Origin: the human T2T-CHM13v2.0 reference genome, Homo sapiens
Assembly: GCF_009914755.1 (NCBI RefSeq)
Contig: NC_060947.1
Length of the DNA stretch: 64,000 nt
Direction: 5' to 3' (one strand)
Notes under the pieces: generated by a model
What the model was told of the DNA's origin: nothing
Databases searched by the model: none
What the model saw: only the letters and a program-made list of their open reading frames with translations
Shown here: one piece after another, positions 14,214 through 31,940 of the stretch
How the letters are laid out: each line of letters starts with the position of its first letter
How positions within the stretch are numbered: position 1 is the stretch's first letter
Made by a program: the position numbers and the translations under genes

Positions 14214-14414
14214 TTAGGGGTGAGTTCAAACTCTGCAAGCTGCAAGGAAGCACCCACCCGGCCCTGACCACCTCCTGAGACCCAGCCACCTTATTTCTTT
14301 TGGCTCCCCAAGGTGGCCCTAACATGGGCTCGGGGACGCTCGGTCTCTAAACCCAGGCTGGCACTTTCTTTCCTGCTCTCTGTGTGGCTTCCTGACTATG
14401 CCCATCAAGCTCTC

Positions 14415-14915
14415 TGTGGAGCAACTGGAACCTCGCCCCCTGCTGGTGGGAGTGTGAACTGCTGCCACTACTTAGGGACTGTCTACTATTCCGGGGCATA
14501 CACCCCACAGAAATTTGCATATATGATCACCCTAAGACATGCATTTGCATACCCATAGCAACAGACTCTTCAAAGTGTCCTAAAACGAAACATCCCAAAT
14601 CCCAACAACAATAGAATGGATTAATGTGGTATATGTATACAGGGAAATACTACGAGCAATGAAACAAATGACCTGCACCTCCACGTAAGAGTGAAATATC
14701 CCACAAGCGTGATGATGAGGTAAACCAGCTAAATAGAGCATGGTTCCGTGTATAGAAAGTACACAAATGGGTACCATGCATTCACACTGCTCAGAGAGGT
14801 GGTGGGTGGTGATGGGAAGTGGATGGGGGCAGAAGGTTCCAGGGTGCTGGGAGTGTTATTTTCTTGATATGGCTGCTGGTTAGGTGTGTGTGCTCTGTTG
14901 TCAAAAGTTAGCAAT
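14415..14915 (+). mobile_element. Old L1 (L1ME-like) 3' fragment
   Basis: GTGGAGCAACTGGAAC...TGCTGGTGGGAGTGT and AGAATGGATTAATGTGGTATAT motifs; resumes after the next Alu. Confidence 0.7.
14433..14462 (-). promoter_or_regulatory. CTCF motif with upstream module
   Basis: Minus strand GCAGTTCACACTCCCA-CCAGCAGGGGGCGA fits core CCASYAGRKGGCR with no mismatch. Confidence 0.6.
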
Positions 14916-14916
14916 G

Positions 14917-15219
14917 GGCAGGGTCCAGTGGCTCACGCCTGTAATCCCAGCACTTTAGGAGGTTGAAGTGGGAGGATTGTTTGAGGCCAGGAGTTCAAGA
15001 CCACCCTGGGCAACACAGTAAAACCCCATCTTTACAAAAAATGAAAAAAAAAATAATAATAATTAGCCAGGTCTGGTGATGCACACCCGTAGTCCCAGCT
15101 ACTTGAAAAGCTGAGGTGAAAGGATTGCTTGAGACCAGGAGGTCAACACTGCAGTGAGCCATGAGCACGTCACTGCACTCTAGCCTGGGTGACAGAGCAA
15201 GACTCTGTCTCAAAAAAAA
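14917..15219 (+). mobile_element. AluJ-type SINE
   Basis: TSD AAAAGTTAGCAATG on both sides. Confidence 0.95.
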
Positions 15220-15352
15220 AAAAGTTAGCAATGCATACCCTTACAATAAACACATACTTTACTTCGTAGTTTTTCTTTTAAGAATGTTCTATCCATCCTC
15301 AGAGTACAGCTGAAAACTCACCACTTCCTTGAACCATGAAACTGTCCTATAA

Positions 15353-16078
<726 letters not shown>

Positions 16079-16537
16079 AACACTGCGATTTTTAAACCTC
16101 TCTTGGTGTTGAACCAAGTATTGCTCACGAAACACATACTTCATAAACTCTTTTAAACCAACCACTGCTTTTCTATTACTAAAACTTGCTTAAATGACAA
16201 AAGACAGGTATTATCTCACAGTCTCTGTGAATTTTCAAACAGCTGAGTTCAGTTAAGCACACAGTTGCCTGCACATATAAAAAATGGAAAATATTGCAAC
16301 AAAAAAGACTCTGGAATTTTCCATCCACACAGCTGTTGCTGCGTGGCATCTGTGGTGTAACCTTCACTTGATGGAACTAACTCCCACAATCCCACGCAAG
16401 AGAAATGATCCCATTCCATTACAGTCCTGTCACTATACAGGGCAAAAACATCAGAAATGATTAAGAAAAGAAGAAAAGACACCGCACTCAAAAAAATGTG
16501 ATGAAAACTTTTACAGTGCACTAGATCAAGAATTTGA

Positions 16538-16975
<438 letters not shown>

Positions 16976-17715
16976 TAAATTATGGTAGTCACTTATAGGA
17001 GCCCTCACCGAGACCCCCACACATACATAATAGGGAGGATTTTCCTCGACAAACGTGGCCAATTCAGATTCATTCAGTAGACAACTCTTTCTTTCACGCC
17101 ACATTCCTCACTTCTCCTTTCCTGCTAGCCAAACGCTCCCCACAAAGAGGCTGCTTCTTGAAACGTTCTTATATTTTGCTTGGTTTCAACAGCCCTGCAG
17201 AAAGCGGCAGGGAAGTAATCTCCAATCTGCAGAAATGACAGAAGCCAGGAGGCTGTGGGCCTCCTTAAAACTTTCACCTCCGCTCTGAATACGCAGGCTG
17301 CCAATCTCCCCATCCCTAGAGTTTAATGGGGGAAGTTCAATGTCATTGCATGTAGTGTCATCTGACATATTTATAAACACCCAGAGGGAAAGCAGAACAG
17401 AACATCCGCAAGTGTGTTCCTTAAAAAGACTCTTCTCAAACTTCCACGAAGCCACACAAGCCGCATATGACTGTAAAAGAATCCACGAAATCCTGGAACC
17501 AGCCTGCCCGGATAAAGCTGTTTGGCGTGCCATGTGTTAGGCTGACCCGAAACTTTTCACTTGGTAGGAGCTACATTATTGCTTGGTTAATATACACTTG
17601 GATTAAAGAAATTTTCAGAATAGTCAAATTTATCACCCCAGTTCTAAGGAGTGAACTAAAAACAAAAACTTAAAACACAGATACTTCCTCCTTTTTTCTC
17701 CCTCGATCCCTCCAC

Positions 17716-17758
<43 letters not shown>
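17716..17758 (+). repeat. (CT)n microsatellite
   Basis: Read directly. Confidence 0.9.
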
Positions 17759-17761
<3 letters not shown>

Positions 17762-18641
17762 ACTCACTCAATCTCAGACATTCATTACCCTGAAGCCACC
17801 TCGGTCCTGCCTCAGGGAAAAGGACTCATGAGGCCAAGGGAGAGCAGGGGATGCGCCTACGTGAAGCCCTCCGGCTTCCAGGCCATGCCTATAGGCCCTA
17901 GCACCTCTTCCCTAAATGGGGACAAGTGTGAGGGCCCCCTAGGGTACACTGATGGAAAGTCTGTACCAGGGTGTGAAGACCTCCCACCACACAGGTCAGA
18001 GCCTGAGGGGGTAGCAGAAAGCCCAGGCGTGGGCCAGGGCTGTGCGCTCCGCATCACTTTGTATCTGCATTGCCAGGGAGGCCAAGGAAGCTGCAACCAA
18101 CCCTGGCTGTCTGAAGCATGGCCTGGAAGGTAGCAGGATAGAAGAGATTCTCTTCAGCAGGTGGTTAGCTTGATTTACAGCTCATGGTGTACACCCAAGG
18201 CAAGTGGGGGTCTGTTTGTGCCCCAGCCCTGGACCCTCAGCAACGTTGGGAAGGGCCTGCAGGCCACACCCCAGGTAGCAGGAGAGACAAAAGACAACAG
18301 AAAATACAAAACGAACCAGGCAGAGAACAGCTCAGAGAGGCATGCATGGGAAAGCCCAAGACACAGCTGCACAGACAAAGAAGCTTGACCTCGGCGCATG
18401 GAGAGTGAGGGCCCAGCAGTGCCAAAGAAGCTGGCCCCACCCACCCAAGGATTTCACAAGGAACATTCCAAATGCCCCGCTTGTCACCCAATGCCCAGCT
18501 GCACACGCTAAATTATTGCACATCTCTGAGCTTCCTATTATAATATTATAACCACCGCCTGCTGTTATCACACTCTTTTGAGCCAAATTGCACCCAACAG
18601 AGCATTTCATTGTTCTGGTCCTGTCTCAAGGCTGTTCTTCA

Positions 18642-18962
<321 letters not shown>

Positions 18963-19619
18963 CTAGGTCCCCTGGGGTCCTTCTCTCTTGCCTGGGATGC
19001 TGGTGTTTCCTGAGGAGCTCCCCTGCTCCCCTTCTTGTGACCCATTCCTCACTTTCCCTGGGCCCCTTGACCTACACAGATGACATCGAGTCTACAGCTC
19101 TAAACCGGGGCTTCCTCCAAGCTCTGGATTTTGAATGAACCAGAAATATCTGAAAGTCAATATGTTGGGCATTGGAGTCACTATGGTTCCTGCCTGGCAC
19201 TCTATTCCATTCCAGTACTATTTTCTTATACTTCCCCTAGGAGGGAGAAGGGCAGAATTGGTGACTTCCAGGGAGGATGGAGGGACACAGATGATCCCCA
19301 AGTTTCAAGCATGCATGACAAATCAGAAAGGGGCTTCGTTCAGCAAGACCTGACTAGTACAGATTGCTGATTTTGTGGGCTATACACCCACAGGAAGCTG
19401 CACTTCCCCAGAGTTTGGGTCACAATGGGGTTTCCTGCCACATTGCAGATACCCAATGAGTATTCAGTGAAAGAATAGATGAGTGACAATTGATTAATTG
19501 ACTTAGAAATGACAAGGCAGGTTCCGTTTGCAAAGGGCTGAGTCATATTATAAAATCCTCAACTGCAGCATAACTGGATAAGGTGTTTCTGTAATTCCCT
19601 GAGTGTTATATAATGGGTA

Positions 19620-20120
19620 GCCATTAGGGCTCATTTAGTTGCAAATAACAGAAACCAGTACACTAACCAACTTCTACACTCAAGGTAATGTACTGGGCCC
19701 TGTAACAGAGAGGCCCAGCAGGAAGGCTAAAGAGAGGCAAGACTTGAACCGGGGTCAGAAAATCATCAGGACCAAGATCAGGTTCTTTGCAGTTCTCAGC
19801 TCTGCCCTGTCAGCCTGAGTTTTCCTTCCAGGTGGGGTCTCCCTCGTAGGCCCCCGATGAGTGCAAGCCATTCCGGCTGCTTTCTGCCTCTGGGCCAACA
19901 GACAGGAGTCTTTTCTGGCAGCACCCAGGAACGAATAAGGCCTTCCTTTCTCCTTGCCTTTGCGGCAGGTGTCGGTCTCTGGATGCATGAACGGGACCAG
20001 CAGGGATGGAAGAGGCTTTGGCTGGGATCCAGCTAATTCACATGTCAGGTACAAAAATGGGAGAGAATGAATTCCCCAGCAGGGAATCGGGGTTCTGTCG
20101 AGCAGAGTAGTGGGAAACCT
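19620..20120 (-). mobile_element. Old MaLR LTR (MLT1K/L-like), degenerate
   Basis: TAGTTGCAAATAACAGAAACC antisense end motif. Confidence 0.45.
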
Positions 20121-20349
20121 CTGCAGAAAATGTGAACGCCAAACGTACAATCTGCCGCGTATACGTAATGATTGCAAATGTCAAAAACCTAAAGTCAGTG
20201 TTAACATTGAGCAAAATGTTACTTTTCTAAAATCATTTCTTATCTCAAATTGTGGCTCCCTCAATTTTTTAAGGACAATGGAAATTTTTTATGTCTCCAT
20301 TATGGTAGTAACTCCATGACTGTTTGAATTGGTCAAAATTCATAGAACT

Positions 20350-20576
20350 TCAGCAAAGTCTAGAGACCTTATGTAAAGGTCTAGATAATAAATATTTTCG
20401 AGATTGAGGGCCAAGACTGTTGCAATTACTCCAGCTTGCACTTGCAACAGCAAGCAAAGCAGCCATACACAATACGTAAATGAATAGAAATGGCTATATT
20501 ACCAGAAAACTTATTAAAAAAAAAAGTCAATAGGCTGAATGGGACCCCTGAATTGCACGCAGCCTGAGGAGCCCTG
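20350..20576. mobile_element. MER58A-like hAT MITE
   Basis: AAAGCAGCCATACACAATACGTAAATGAAT motif. Confidence 0.65.
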
Positions 20577-20724
20577 AACTTAAAATATATGAATTTTACT
20601 ATAGTTAATTAAACCTCAATAAATAAACAGAATAAAGGAAGACAAAGGAAAAATAAATGCTGTAGGGGAGAAAACTGTAATTCCTTCAACTTAACCTGAA
20701 GTGAAATGTCATCAAGAAAACAGG

Positions 20725-20903
20725 GGCTGAGTGCAGTGGTTCACGCCTGTAATCCCATAACTTTGGGAGGTTAAGGCAGGAAGATCACTTGAGGTCAGGA
20801 ATTCCAGGATCCAGTGATCCATGATCACACCATTGCACTCCAGCCTGGGCAACAGAGCAAGACTGTGTCTCTAAAAAATAAATACATAAATAAATAATAA
20901 AAA
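20725..20903 (+). mobile_element. Alu monomer (FAM/FRAM)
   Basis: Single arm with TAAA-rich tail. Confidence 0.85.
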
Positions 20904-21496
20904 GACAACAGAGGTACAGTACTCCCCCCTTATCTGCTGTTCTGCCTTCCGAGTTTTCAGTTACCTGAAATCAACCACAGCCCAAAAATACTCCATGTAA
21001 AGTTCCAGAAATAAACAATCCCTAAGTTGTAAATTGCCTGCCATTCTGAGCAATGTGATGAAATCTCTCACTACCCTGCTCCATCTTGCCTGGGATGTGA
21101 ATCTCCCCTTTGTCTAGTTGGTGATCCGACCAACTGTCTCGGTGTCACGGTGCTTATTTTACCTAATAATGACCCCAAAGCACAAGAGGAGTGATGTTGT
21201 CCATTTGGCTATGGACAGCATAAGAGAAGCCATAATGTGCCCCCTTTAAGTGAAATGGTAAAAGTTCTCAGCTTCATAAGAAAAGGAAAAAAAATCTTAT
21301 GCCAGACTTGCTAAGATCTACAGTAAGAGCAAACCTTCCATTGGTAAAATTGTGAAGAAGGAAGAAGAAATTCATGCCAGTTTTGCTGTCACATCTCAAA
21401 CTGCAAAGGTTGTGGCCACAGTGTGTGATAAGTGCTTAGTTAAGATGCAAAAGGCATTAAATTTGTGGGTGGAAGACCTGAACAAAAATGTGTTAC

Positions 21497-21640
21497 AGCC
21501 CAGGTGTGGTGGATCATGCCTTTAATCCCAGCACTTTGGGAGGCCAAGGCAGGAGGATAGCCCAAGCCCAGGATTTTGAGACCAGCCTGAGTAACATACT
21601 GAGACTCCCCATCTGAAATACATATATATTAAAAAAAAAA
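21497..21640 (+). mobile_element. FLAM-type Alu monomer
   Basis: Left-arm sequence with A-tail. Confidence 0.85.
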
Positions 21641-21947
<307 letters not shown>

Positions 21948-22545
21948 TAAAAAATAATAAGAAGGATGTGTTCTGACTGACAGCAATCTGGTCCAGTGCT
22001 ATCAGCGGTTTCAGGCATCCAGTGGGGGTTTCAGAATGTACCCCCTGCAGATAAAGGGGCACTACTAAAGTTTTGTTTGTGAGAGGGATTTCCTGACGGT
22101 CGCTGTGCAAAGGCTGAGCCAGAAGATTTACGAAAGTTAAACAAAGAGTGTTTAACTTGGCTTTTGAAGACATTTTATTGACTCACTTGGTAAACTCACT
22201 AAGAAGTCGAGTACCCACCTCTGTTCTTGACAAAGGCATCTGCAGCAGGCTGTGTTCACATCACCACTCCAAAACTGAGTTTCGTTAGGTTTTTGTTTGA
22301 TTGTTTTTTCCTAGCGGGATGACTTTAAGAGTCATCATTTTGTGCTTCTGGTTCTTTATTGTTTGCTCTTTTACAGCATAGCAATCTTCATTGGACAGAG
22401 ATTGTGAAGGAGACCCAGTCATTTCTTCCCTTACTCCAAATAATGGCACGAACAACGCAGCTCCAAGGCTATGAGTCCATCCAAATTGAATGGAAAGTCA
22501 AACTTTTGGGACCCAGAAAGTGAATACTCTCAAGAAGGAAAGTGG

Positions 22546-22903
<358 letters not shown>

Positions 22904-23379
22904 TCAAAATCAGAGCTCATCAGGCAGCATTCAAGCATCCAAGTTGACGTACGCAAAGTGATAAAGGGGTGTTACTGTGCGCGCGGAAATGCAGGTTTTA
23001 TACAAGATTCACAATCAACCTCTGTCATCTGGATTTTTTAAGCTGAAGAACAGATAAAGAATCAAGGTGTTCACCTCATCTTTAAGTAGAAGAAATAGAC
23101 TTTTAAATCAAAGGTAGCTGATGTGCAGCTCGATCAGCTGGAATTTTTCACGATGTGCCTTCCTCCACACAAATATCAAGCCCTCAGAGCATGTATATTA
23201 AGGAGCAACAGTCATGTTAGGCATGGCTCCCGGAAGACAAATAAGACATGCGCCCTTAAATAACTGAGAGTCCAGTTGGGAAGACAGATGCATACACAAA
23301 TATTTAAGAAAATCTGTGTTCTAATAGAGTCTCTCTAAATACTTTAGCAACTCTAAGCCAATTTAATTTACAAGAGGTA

Positions 23380-23784
<405 letters not shown>

Positions 23785-23874
23785 TCATTCATTTCCCCCC
23801 TCATAAACCTTATGCTACTAAGGGTAGGGGTGCAGAATTTTATTTCTTTAAAAAATGCTAATAAAGCAGAAGGG

Positions 23875-24172
23875 TTTTTTTAGTTGTTTTGTTTTGGTTT
23901 GAGACAGGGTCTCACTTTGTCACGCCGGATGGCACTAACATGGCTCACTGCAGCCTCGACCTCCCAGGCTCAAGTGATCCTCCTGCCTCAGCCCCACCAA
24001 GTAGTTGGCACTACAGGCATGCACCACCATGCCCAGATAATTTTTTATTTTTTTGTAGAGATGAGGTTTTGCCATGTTACCCAGGCTAATCTCCAACTCC
24101 TGACCTCAAATGATCCACCTGCCAGGCCTCCCAAATTGCTGGGATTACAGGCGTTAGCCACCGCCCCTGGCC
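23875..24172 (-). mobile_element. AluJ-type SINE
   Basis: Antisense Alu; CAGAAGG on both flanks. Confidence 0.9.
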
Positions 24173-25002
24173 CAGAAGGTTTATTTTAGCCTGATTGCTC
24201 TTTGTGTGTTTCTTTGGATTTTGCTAAGGAACTTGAAGTTAATATTACTAAGAGGGATTAGAAATAAAGTTAAGCTAAAACAGATCATCAGAGTTAACTT
24301 TAGTCATAATCCTGGTCTTAACAACTATAGAAAGTTTTAAAGACAAAATTGTGATATGGTTGAGACTACCAAGCCATGAAGCTAAACTTAGGTTGAAAGC
24401 AGAAGGTCACATTTTCCATTGAGTCATTCCCTAGAATCAGACATAAATATCCCCGACACTCTTTGCACTGGACACAAAATGGATAAGTCAAGAATGTCTC
24501 CGACAATTGATTACACTCACTGCAAGTTTATTTTGGAATGTGCCACCTCATATAAGGAGTTTTCCAATTGTAAAGACACCTCGGAATGATCACCAAAGGT
24601 GTTTGTTTGTTTCCTGGGTACCACCCCGTAGAGAGCTTGGTTCAGGAGACTAGCATGGGCCCAGGAATTCGCTCATTCCACAACCTGTATCACACTCCTA
24701 GTGTCACCAGGAGGGAACCATGAGCTACAGAGGCAGTAACCGGCATGTGTAATCAATATGCCAGATGGAGTTAAATTTCATCAATGCTATGGCTGCTTTT
24801 CCATTAATTTTGTCACTAAGATTGTATTTCCTTAAAGTGACAGCCATTTCTATTTATCTGAAGTTAATGGTTTTCCCTCGTCAGCAAAGGAACTACATCA
24901 GCATTTCTTTTTCTTTGCACTTGGTACAAAATAGAATCCCGTATCCCCAGCATGAGGCATTTCTAAAGTCCCTCTCACTACAGCCATCCATGTGTCTTTT
25001 GA

Positions 25003-25673
<671 letters not shown>

Positions 25674-26377
25674 ACAGTTTATTTTCCTAAGTGCCAAGGT
25701 TAAGCAAGTCAAGGAAAGACTGAGGGAATGTTCAAGATGGGAAGATACTGAGAAGACATGATAACACACAAGCACATTATTTGTTGAGTCCAAGTATGCC
25801 AAAATCTATTTATGGCTAGCCAGTAACTGATCGGGGCCCATTTGATTTTGCAATGGCAATTACACTGTTTGTTGCTTATCCCTAAGTAAATGACACAGCT
25901 ATGCCTAAGTAAACTGGCTAAATGGGAGATTTGGTGATTGTCTAATCCGGGATTGGGCAATTACATACTGATTCATGGTTCTGCAAAAATAAAGTTTTAT
26001 TAGAACTCAGACACATCCATTCATTTGCATATTGTCAAATGCCAACATAGAAGCAGGTTTCTGTCACTTACACTTAAAATAGCCCTACACAGAAAAGAAC
26101 AGAAAAACATAGGAGAATAAATACGACAGACTCTAAATATTCAGGAAGGGAAGTGTTCAACCTTTCTAGTAATTAAAGGAATACACATTCTCTTTTTAAA
26201 ATGGGACTTCAAAAAACTTTGGTGGCATCTCTACTGTGTGTTTGTGTGTGTGTCCTCTGAACTAAAATTTTCTACCTCAAAGCAGTGGTACCATAAGCAT
26301 TTTTAATTCTCTTAATTATACTTTTCTGTATTTTCTGAATTCTTACTAATGAGAATCCATGACTTCCATATATTTAA

Positions 26378-26742
<365 letters not shown>

Positions 26743-26997
26743 TAATACAGCAGGTGTGAAACATGTAGGACCTAGAGACTAAGATATTTTCAAAGAATTC
26801 CAAGTATTTGATCACTCATAGGGGGAAGATGAGTGAAGCCTCAATGGTGACTTCATGGTTGAGAGCATATTTTGTTCAGCTTCTCAGCACACCCTGACTG
26901 TAGCATATTTATTACTGCTGTGGATTTAATAGCAGCACCAGTATCATGATTGCATCATGTATTTAAGATACTTTAATTTATTAGGTCCTGATTTGAG

Positions 26998-27303
26998 TGT
27001 GGTAGTGGTAGTATGCTCACCAATATCCAAGGACCTTCTCTGAAGAAGGACTAAACATCTGCACGGTTGAACTCAGCTGTGGCCACGTGACTTGTTTTCC
27101 CCGATGGAAGATGAGAATCAAGACATTTTAGTGGGATACTTCATGATCCACACTGTGGCTATCATTTTCCTCCATCTCCATCAGCCTCAGTCCCTACATG
27201 ACTACAATAAGCAGAGTCCCCCGGCCAACTTAGCAACACATAGTTGTAAGACATTGAGCTTATTTGTTCCTGCACCGTAACAAAGCCTATCCTCACTAAC
27301 ACA
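26998..27303 (+). mobile_element. Old MaLR LTR (MLT1I/J-like)
   Basis: TGTGGCCACGTGACTTG and 3' CCTATCCTCACTAACACA. Confidence 0.55.
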
Positions 27304-28040
27304 AGGGAATCCAGGAAGAGACACCATTGGGGAATCTCTGGAAAGGTAAGGAGGACTGCATGAACTGTATTGCAAAACATATCTTAACGATGTGACTTAA
27401 TGTTCTTTTTTCTTGCTATTTTTACACACTGTAATTATTATTCTTGATATTTTACTAACTTAGCAAAAGGTTCTAGTGCTTTTTGAGCCTGATTAACAAG
27501 CAATCTGAGGGGAAACTTTGGCTGTATCACAAGCTTTAACATTCACAGCACAACTCATACGATGCACTGAATTCCACTGCCACCATAGGAGTAAACCACA
27601 CGCAAGCCCACATTCTGTAATGCATTACCCAACCCGCGACTCCCTCAGCCCCCAGGCTCAGGAAGGGAAGAGGCTATAACAAGAACCACACAAGCGGCTC
27701 TTAGTAATTCTTCCCAGATCTGTTTTATTCCCATTCTAAGCATGAGTTTAGACCCAAGATTGTTGTCTTGTGGAAGCTAATTTAAATCGTTTCATTAAAT
27801 TCAGGCTCAGCTTGTGAAGTGTGCATATCAGGGGGGAGAATGTCTTTGTGCTGCATGAGGGATGTGCAAATAGAAAGAAACCGTCCTTCACATCACAGTA
27901 AAGGAAGAACCCTTTTCAATATAAATTTCAATATTAATTGCTGGCAACTACCTCCAGCAACCGTGCCTATGAAGGGTATATAAGGAAGAGTGAAATTACT
28001 TTTAAAAAATAGATTATCATCATCCAGAAGTCAAATAGTC

Positions 28041-28370
28041 CCATGGTCCAAATGTTTGTGTCCCCCCAAAATTCCTAACCCCCAAGGTGAGAGTATTAGG
28101 AGGTGGGGCCTTTGGGAGGTGATGAGGTCATGAGGCCAGAGCCTCAGAACTGGGATCAGTGCCCTTATCAAAGGGACCCCAGAGAGCTCCCTCACCCCTT
28201 CCACCATGTGAGGACACAGCGAGAAGTCAGGAAGCCCTTACAAGACATCAACTCTACCAGTGCCTTGATCTTGGAATTCCAGCCTCCGGAACTGTGAGTA
28301 ATAAATGCCCATTGTTAATAAGCCACCCAGTTAATGGTATTTTGTTACAGCAACACAAATGGACTAAACA
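28041..28370 (+). mobile_element. MLT1A-type MaLR LTR
   Basis: AATGTTTGTGTCCCCCCAAAATTC...GTATTTTGTTACAGCA...GGACTAA. Confidence 0.85.
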
Positions 28371-28409
28371 AATAGCTTCTCACAAGTTCAACTGCCTCAT
28401 AGCAAAGCA

Positions 28410-28765
28410 ATGCACACACATACACAGGCGCAAACACCACCTACAATGGAGTAATCCATGTATACACACACACACACTGCATGCCATCTTCCGTGAGGCA
28501 ATGCACATGTGCTTATACACAGGCACACATGCCATCCATGGTGGATCAAAGCACACACACAGAGGCCAATGTGCCATCCAAAATGGAGCATGTGCACAAG
28601 CGCAGCCTGTGCACATGGGGACATGCAGGGGACACATGGGGACATGCAGGGGACACATGGGGACATGCAGGGACACATACAGAGAAACAGACACACGCAC
28701 AGAGGCACACACACCATGTGCAATGGACCACAGCACATGCATGCATGCACAAACGCACACATACA
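28410..28765 (+). repeat. Degenerate CA-rich tract with a 21-bp tandem repeat (~3 copies, 28612-28678)
   Basis: Unit CACATGGGGACATGCAGGGGA. Confidence 0.85.
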
Positions 28766-29165
28766 AGAAATACCATAAGAAGTTATTTGTATCACATTTA
28801 AAATGAAATTTCTACATTACCAGGGCTTTTCCAAAAAAAATGCCTGTCTTCCCAAACCACATCACTAAGAGTTTGGGCTGTATCTTGCATGCCGATGTAA
28901 AAACTTTCTTGGTTGATTGTCAGGGAATTTCTGCCGTCATAACATTTTCACCATGCTTGACTGTTGACTCAATGAGGTAAACCACAATGTTTTATGAAAA
29001 TACAATTTCCCTTTGGCCTGGGGCAGGCAAGGTCACCTAGCATAGCAATGCTGTTCAATGCCAACATTGCCTGAGATGTTAATCTTTGGCAAATTAAATG
29101 GCATACATTCTGGCTGAGACAAGAGATTAGGTAAAACAGAGTGATATCAAAAATATCAAAGCCAC

Positions 29166-29198
29166 GTGTGTGTGTGTGTGTGTGTGTGCGTGTGTGTG
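29166..29198 (+). repeat. (TG)n microsatellite
   Basis: Read directly. Confidence 0.9.
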
Positions 29199-29767
29199 TT
29201 CTGCCATGTCATGTGTAGAAGGTTGAAAAGAAACTCTGCCTTTTAAGAGTGATAAATAGCCACAGGGACTCTCATGGGTGAATGTGGGGATAATTTCAGC
29301 ATTAAAAAAGTAATAAAACAATAACGATGGTAATTCTTATGCCACATATAATAAAAAAGAAGCCAGGAATCAAGAGTGATACTCAAAAGCTGGGAGTATG
29401 GAAATAAAGCTCTTCTTCATGGGAGGACTTCAACCAAGAACTTTAGAAGAAATGACAGCATCATCAATGCACCAATTTGTAACCACCAATGGACTACCTC
29501 AATAAGGAAGGGATTACGAACAGAACACAGTCTCAAATATCACGCCCAATTATCTTATTCCTTACACAGGAAAGAAGGTATCTGCACAAAGGCGAGATCC
29601 GATTGACACAACCCTCCCCAACAGATCCAACTCAGCAAAAGCAATGCAAGAACAACTTAACCATCTGACCCCTATGAAACTCAATGAAAATGACATACCA
29701 AGTCTTCTTGCCAAAGATGTCCAACCCAAATCAAAACATGAGGAAGCAATCTGACAAATATGGATCA

Positions 29768-30096
<329 letters not shown>

Positions 30097-30547
30097 AAAG
30101 ATAACTGAGACGGACTTTTCCCAAAAAGGTCACTTCCATACAATAAAAACTAAAGGCAGGCATATTGTTTTAGATTTTACTTTTAAATACGGTCATAGCC
30201 AAATGCAGTGCATGAAGCTTAACTGGATTTCAGACGTTTTTAAGGCTGTGAAAGGACATCTTGTGCTGACGCAGAAAGCCCTGGCAGCCACCCAGTGGAC
30301 ACAGGTGTCCAGATAGGTGTGGCAGTCACTTGTTGCTCCAGAGAGTGCTCAAGTTGGAGGGGCATGGTGCAGGTTTGTGAGCCCCTGCCTTGGTGACAGC
30401 ATTTGGGCAAGGCTGAGACCCAAGCTGTCAGGTTAAGGCCAGGTGGGGGGCGCTGGGCACACCAGGTGTGCCCCTGGTGACAGGTACAGGCAGCATGCCC
30501 AGACATCCTGGGGCTGACACGTCAAGCACCAGGGTCCTCACAACTAT

Positions 30548-30738
30548 CATTTCATTTTATGTTATTATTTGTATATATTGATGGAGTACAACTGTAATTT
30601 TATTACACGGCTTTTAATGTAGTCATCACCCGAATAATGTACATTGCACCCCTTAAGTAATGTTTCATCGTCCATTCCTCTTCCACTCCCCAACCTTCCA
30701 AGTTTCCGTTATCTGTCATTGCACACTCTACGCTCATT
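30548..30738 (-). mobile_element. L1MA/PB-like 3' end fragment
   Basis: CATCACCCGAATAATGTACATTGCACCC motif. Confidence 0.65.
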
Positions 30739-31819
30739 GACTATGGTTTTGATGCAGAAGTCCCTGGAAGAGCTTAACACAGTTTCCTCCGTTGAACCCT
30801 GGCATCCTTTTGCTAGTGACGCCATTTTATAAAAGAAAAGATCCCAGCAACAATTTCTAGAAGGGAAAAGACAGTTTAGAAAGTCTCAGGCTAATATTTG
30901 GACACTATCAGACTGATCATTTGTGCCTCAATTTTTTTCACTTGGAAAGACATTTTAATGATATATAGTTTAGAGAATTAAATTGAATCCATTGAAACTT
31001 TGTATTTATATATTAGTTCATATTACTAAGGATTTTGTGCTTTTCACATTACGAAGGATTTTGAATTTTAGCACTATTCAAAGGGTAATTTTCAGGATGA
31101 AATCATATATGTAATGTGCTGAACTCATGCCTACCACACTGTAAGTATACACTACATTTTGCTTACTTTTCTTCCAGTAGAGTATCTAGACTTGTGACAA
31201 TTTAATGAAGACTGGGATGGGGGAAGAGATGTCCCTGAATCTGCACTCCTGTGAGCAAAGCCCCTCATGGCAGTCCTCCAAGGTTGTAAACTTTTACATT
31301 TGAAAGGTGCACCCCGACACCAGCCCTAATCTAATCCCACAGGACTTCCCAGCTACTTAAGCAATTACATCAGTTGCAGTGAAATTAAGTTTACACACTG
31401 ACACTGAAAGGAAAGATAACAATAAAAATTGAAACTCAACTTCGACATTGACAACTGGGCATGATTCACAGGCTGCAAAACTGAAGGGACATGAATTATC
31501 TCCAGCTTTTCTCAGCACTGAAGAGAAGAGCATGAAAAGGGCTATAAATCAAACTTTAATTTAGAAATTTCCTGGGATTTCACTTTCATTTATGATCACC
31601 TTATTCCCAAAGGACTTCTAAGTCACTCTCATCAGTAAAAGAAACAGATAAGCACCTCACTTAAGTACAAATCATGGCTGATGTGTCTCAATTCCCTAGC
31701 TCACTTCCCAAAAATATGTCTGCGCCTGTCGTTTACGTTTTTTTAAATGTGATCCCAAATAAATTTTACATTTCAGGATATGTTCCAATCCAATGAAAAT
31801 CAATTCTAAATTAATCATG

Positions 31820-31940
31820 GGCTGGGCACGGTGGCTCACGCCTATAATCTCAGCACTTTGGAAGGCCGAGGTGGGAGGATTGTTTGAGACCAGGAGTTTG
31901 AGACCAACCTGGGTAACACAGTAAGGCCCCACCTGTACAA
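31820..31940 (+). mobile_element. FLAM-type Alu monomer
   Basis: Left arm only. Confidence 0.85.

Noticed and set aside
28159-28806. 215-aa His/Thr/Cys-rich ORF, the longest in the window
   Set aside because: MLT1A LTR plus CA-rich repeat; open in most frames because of composition
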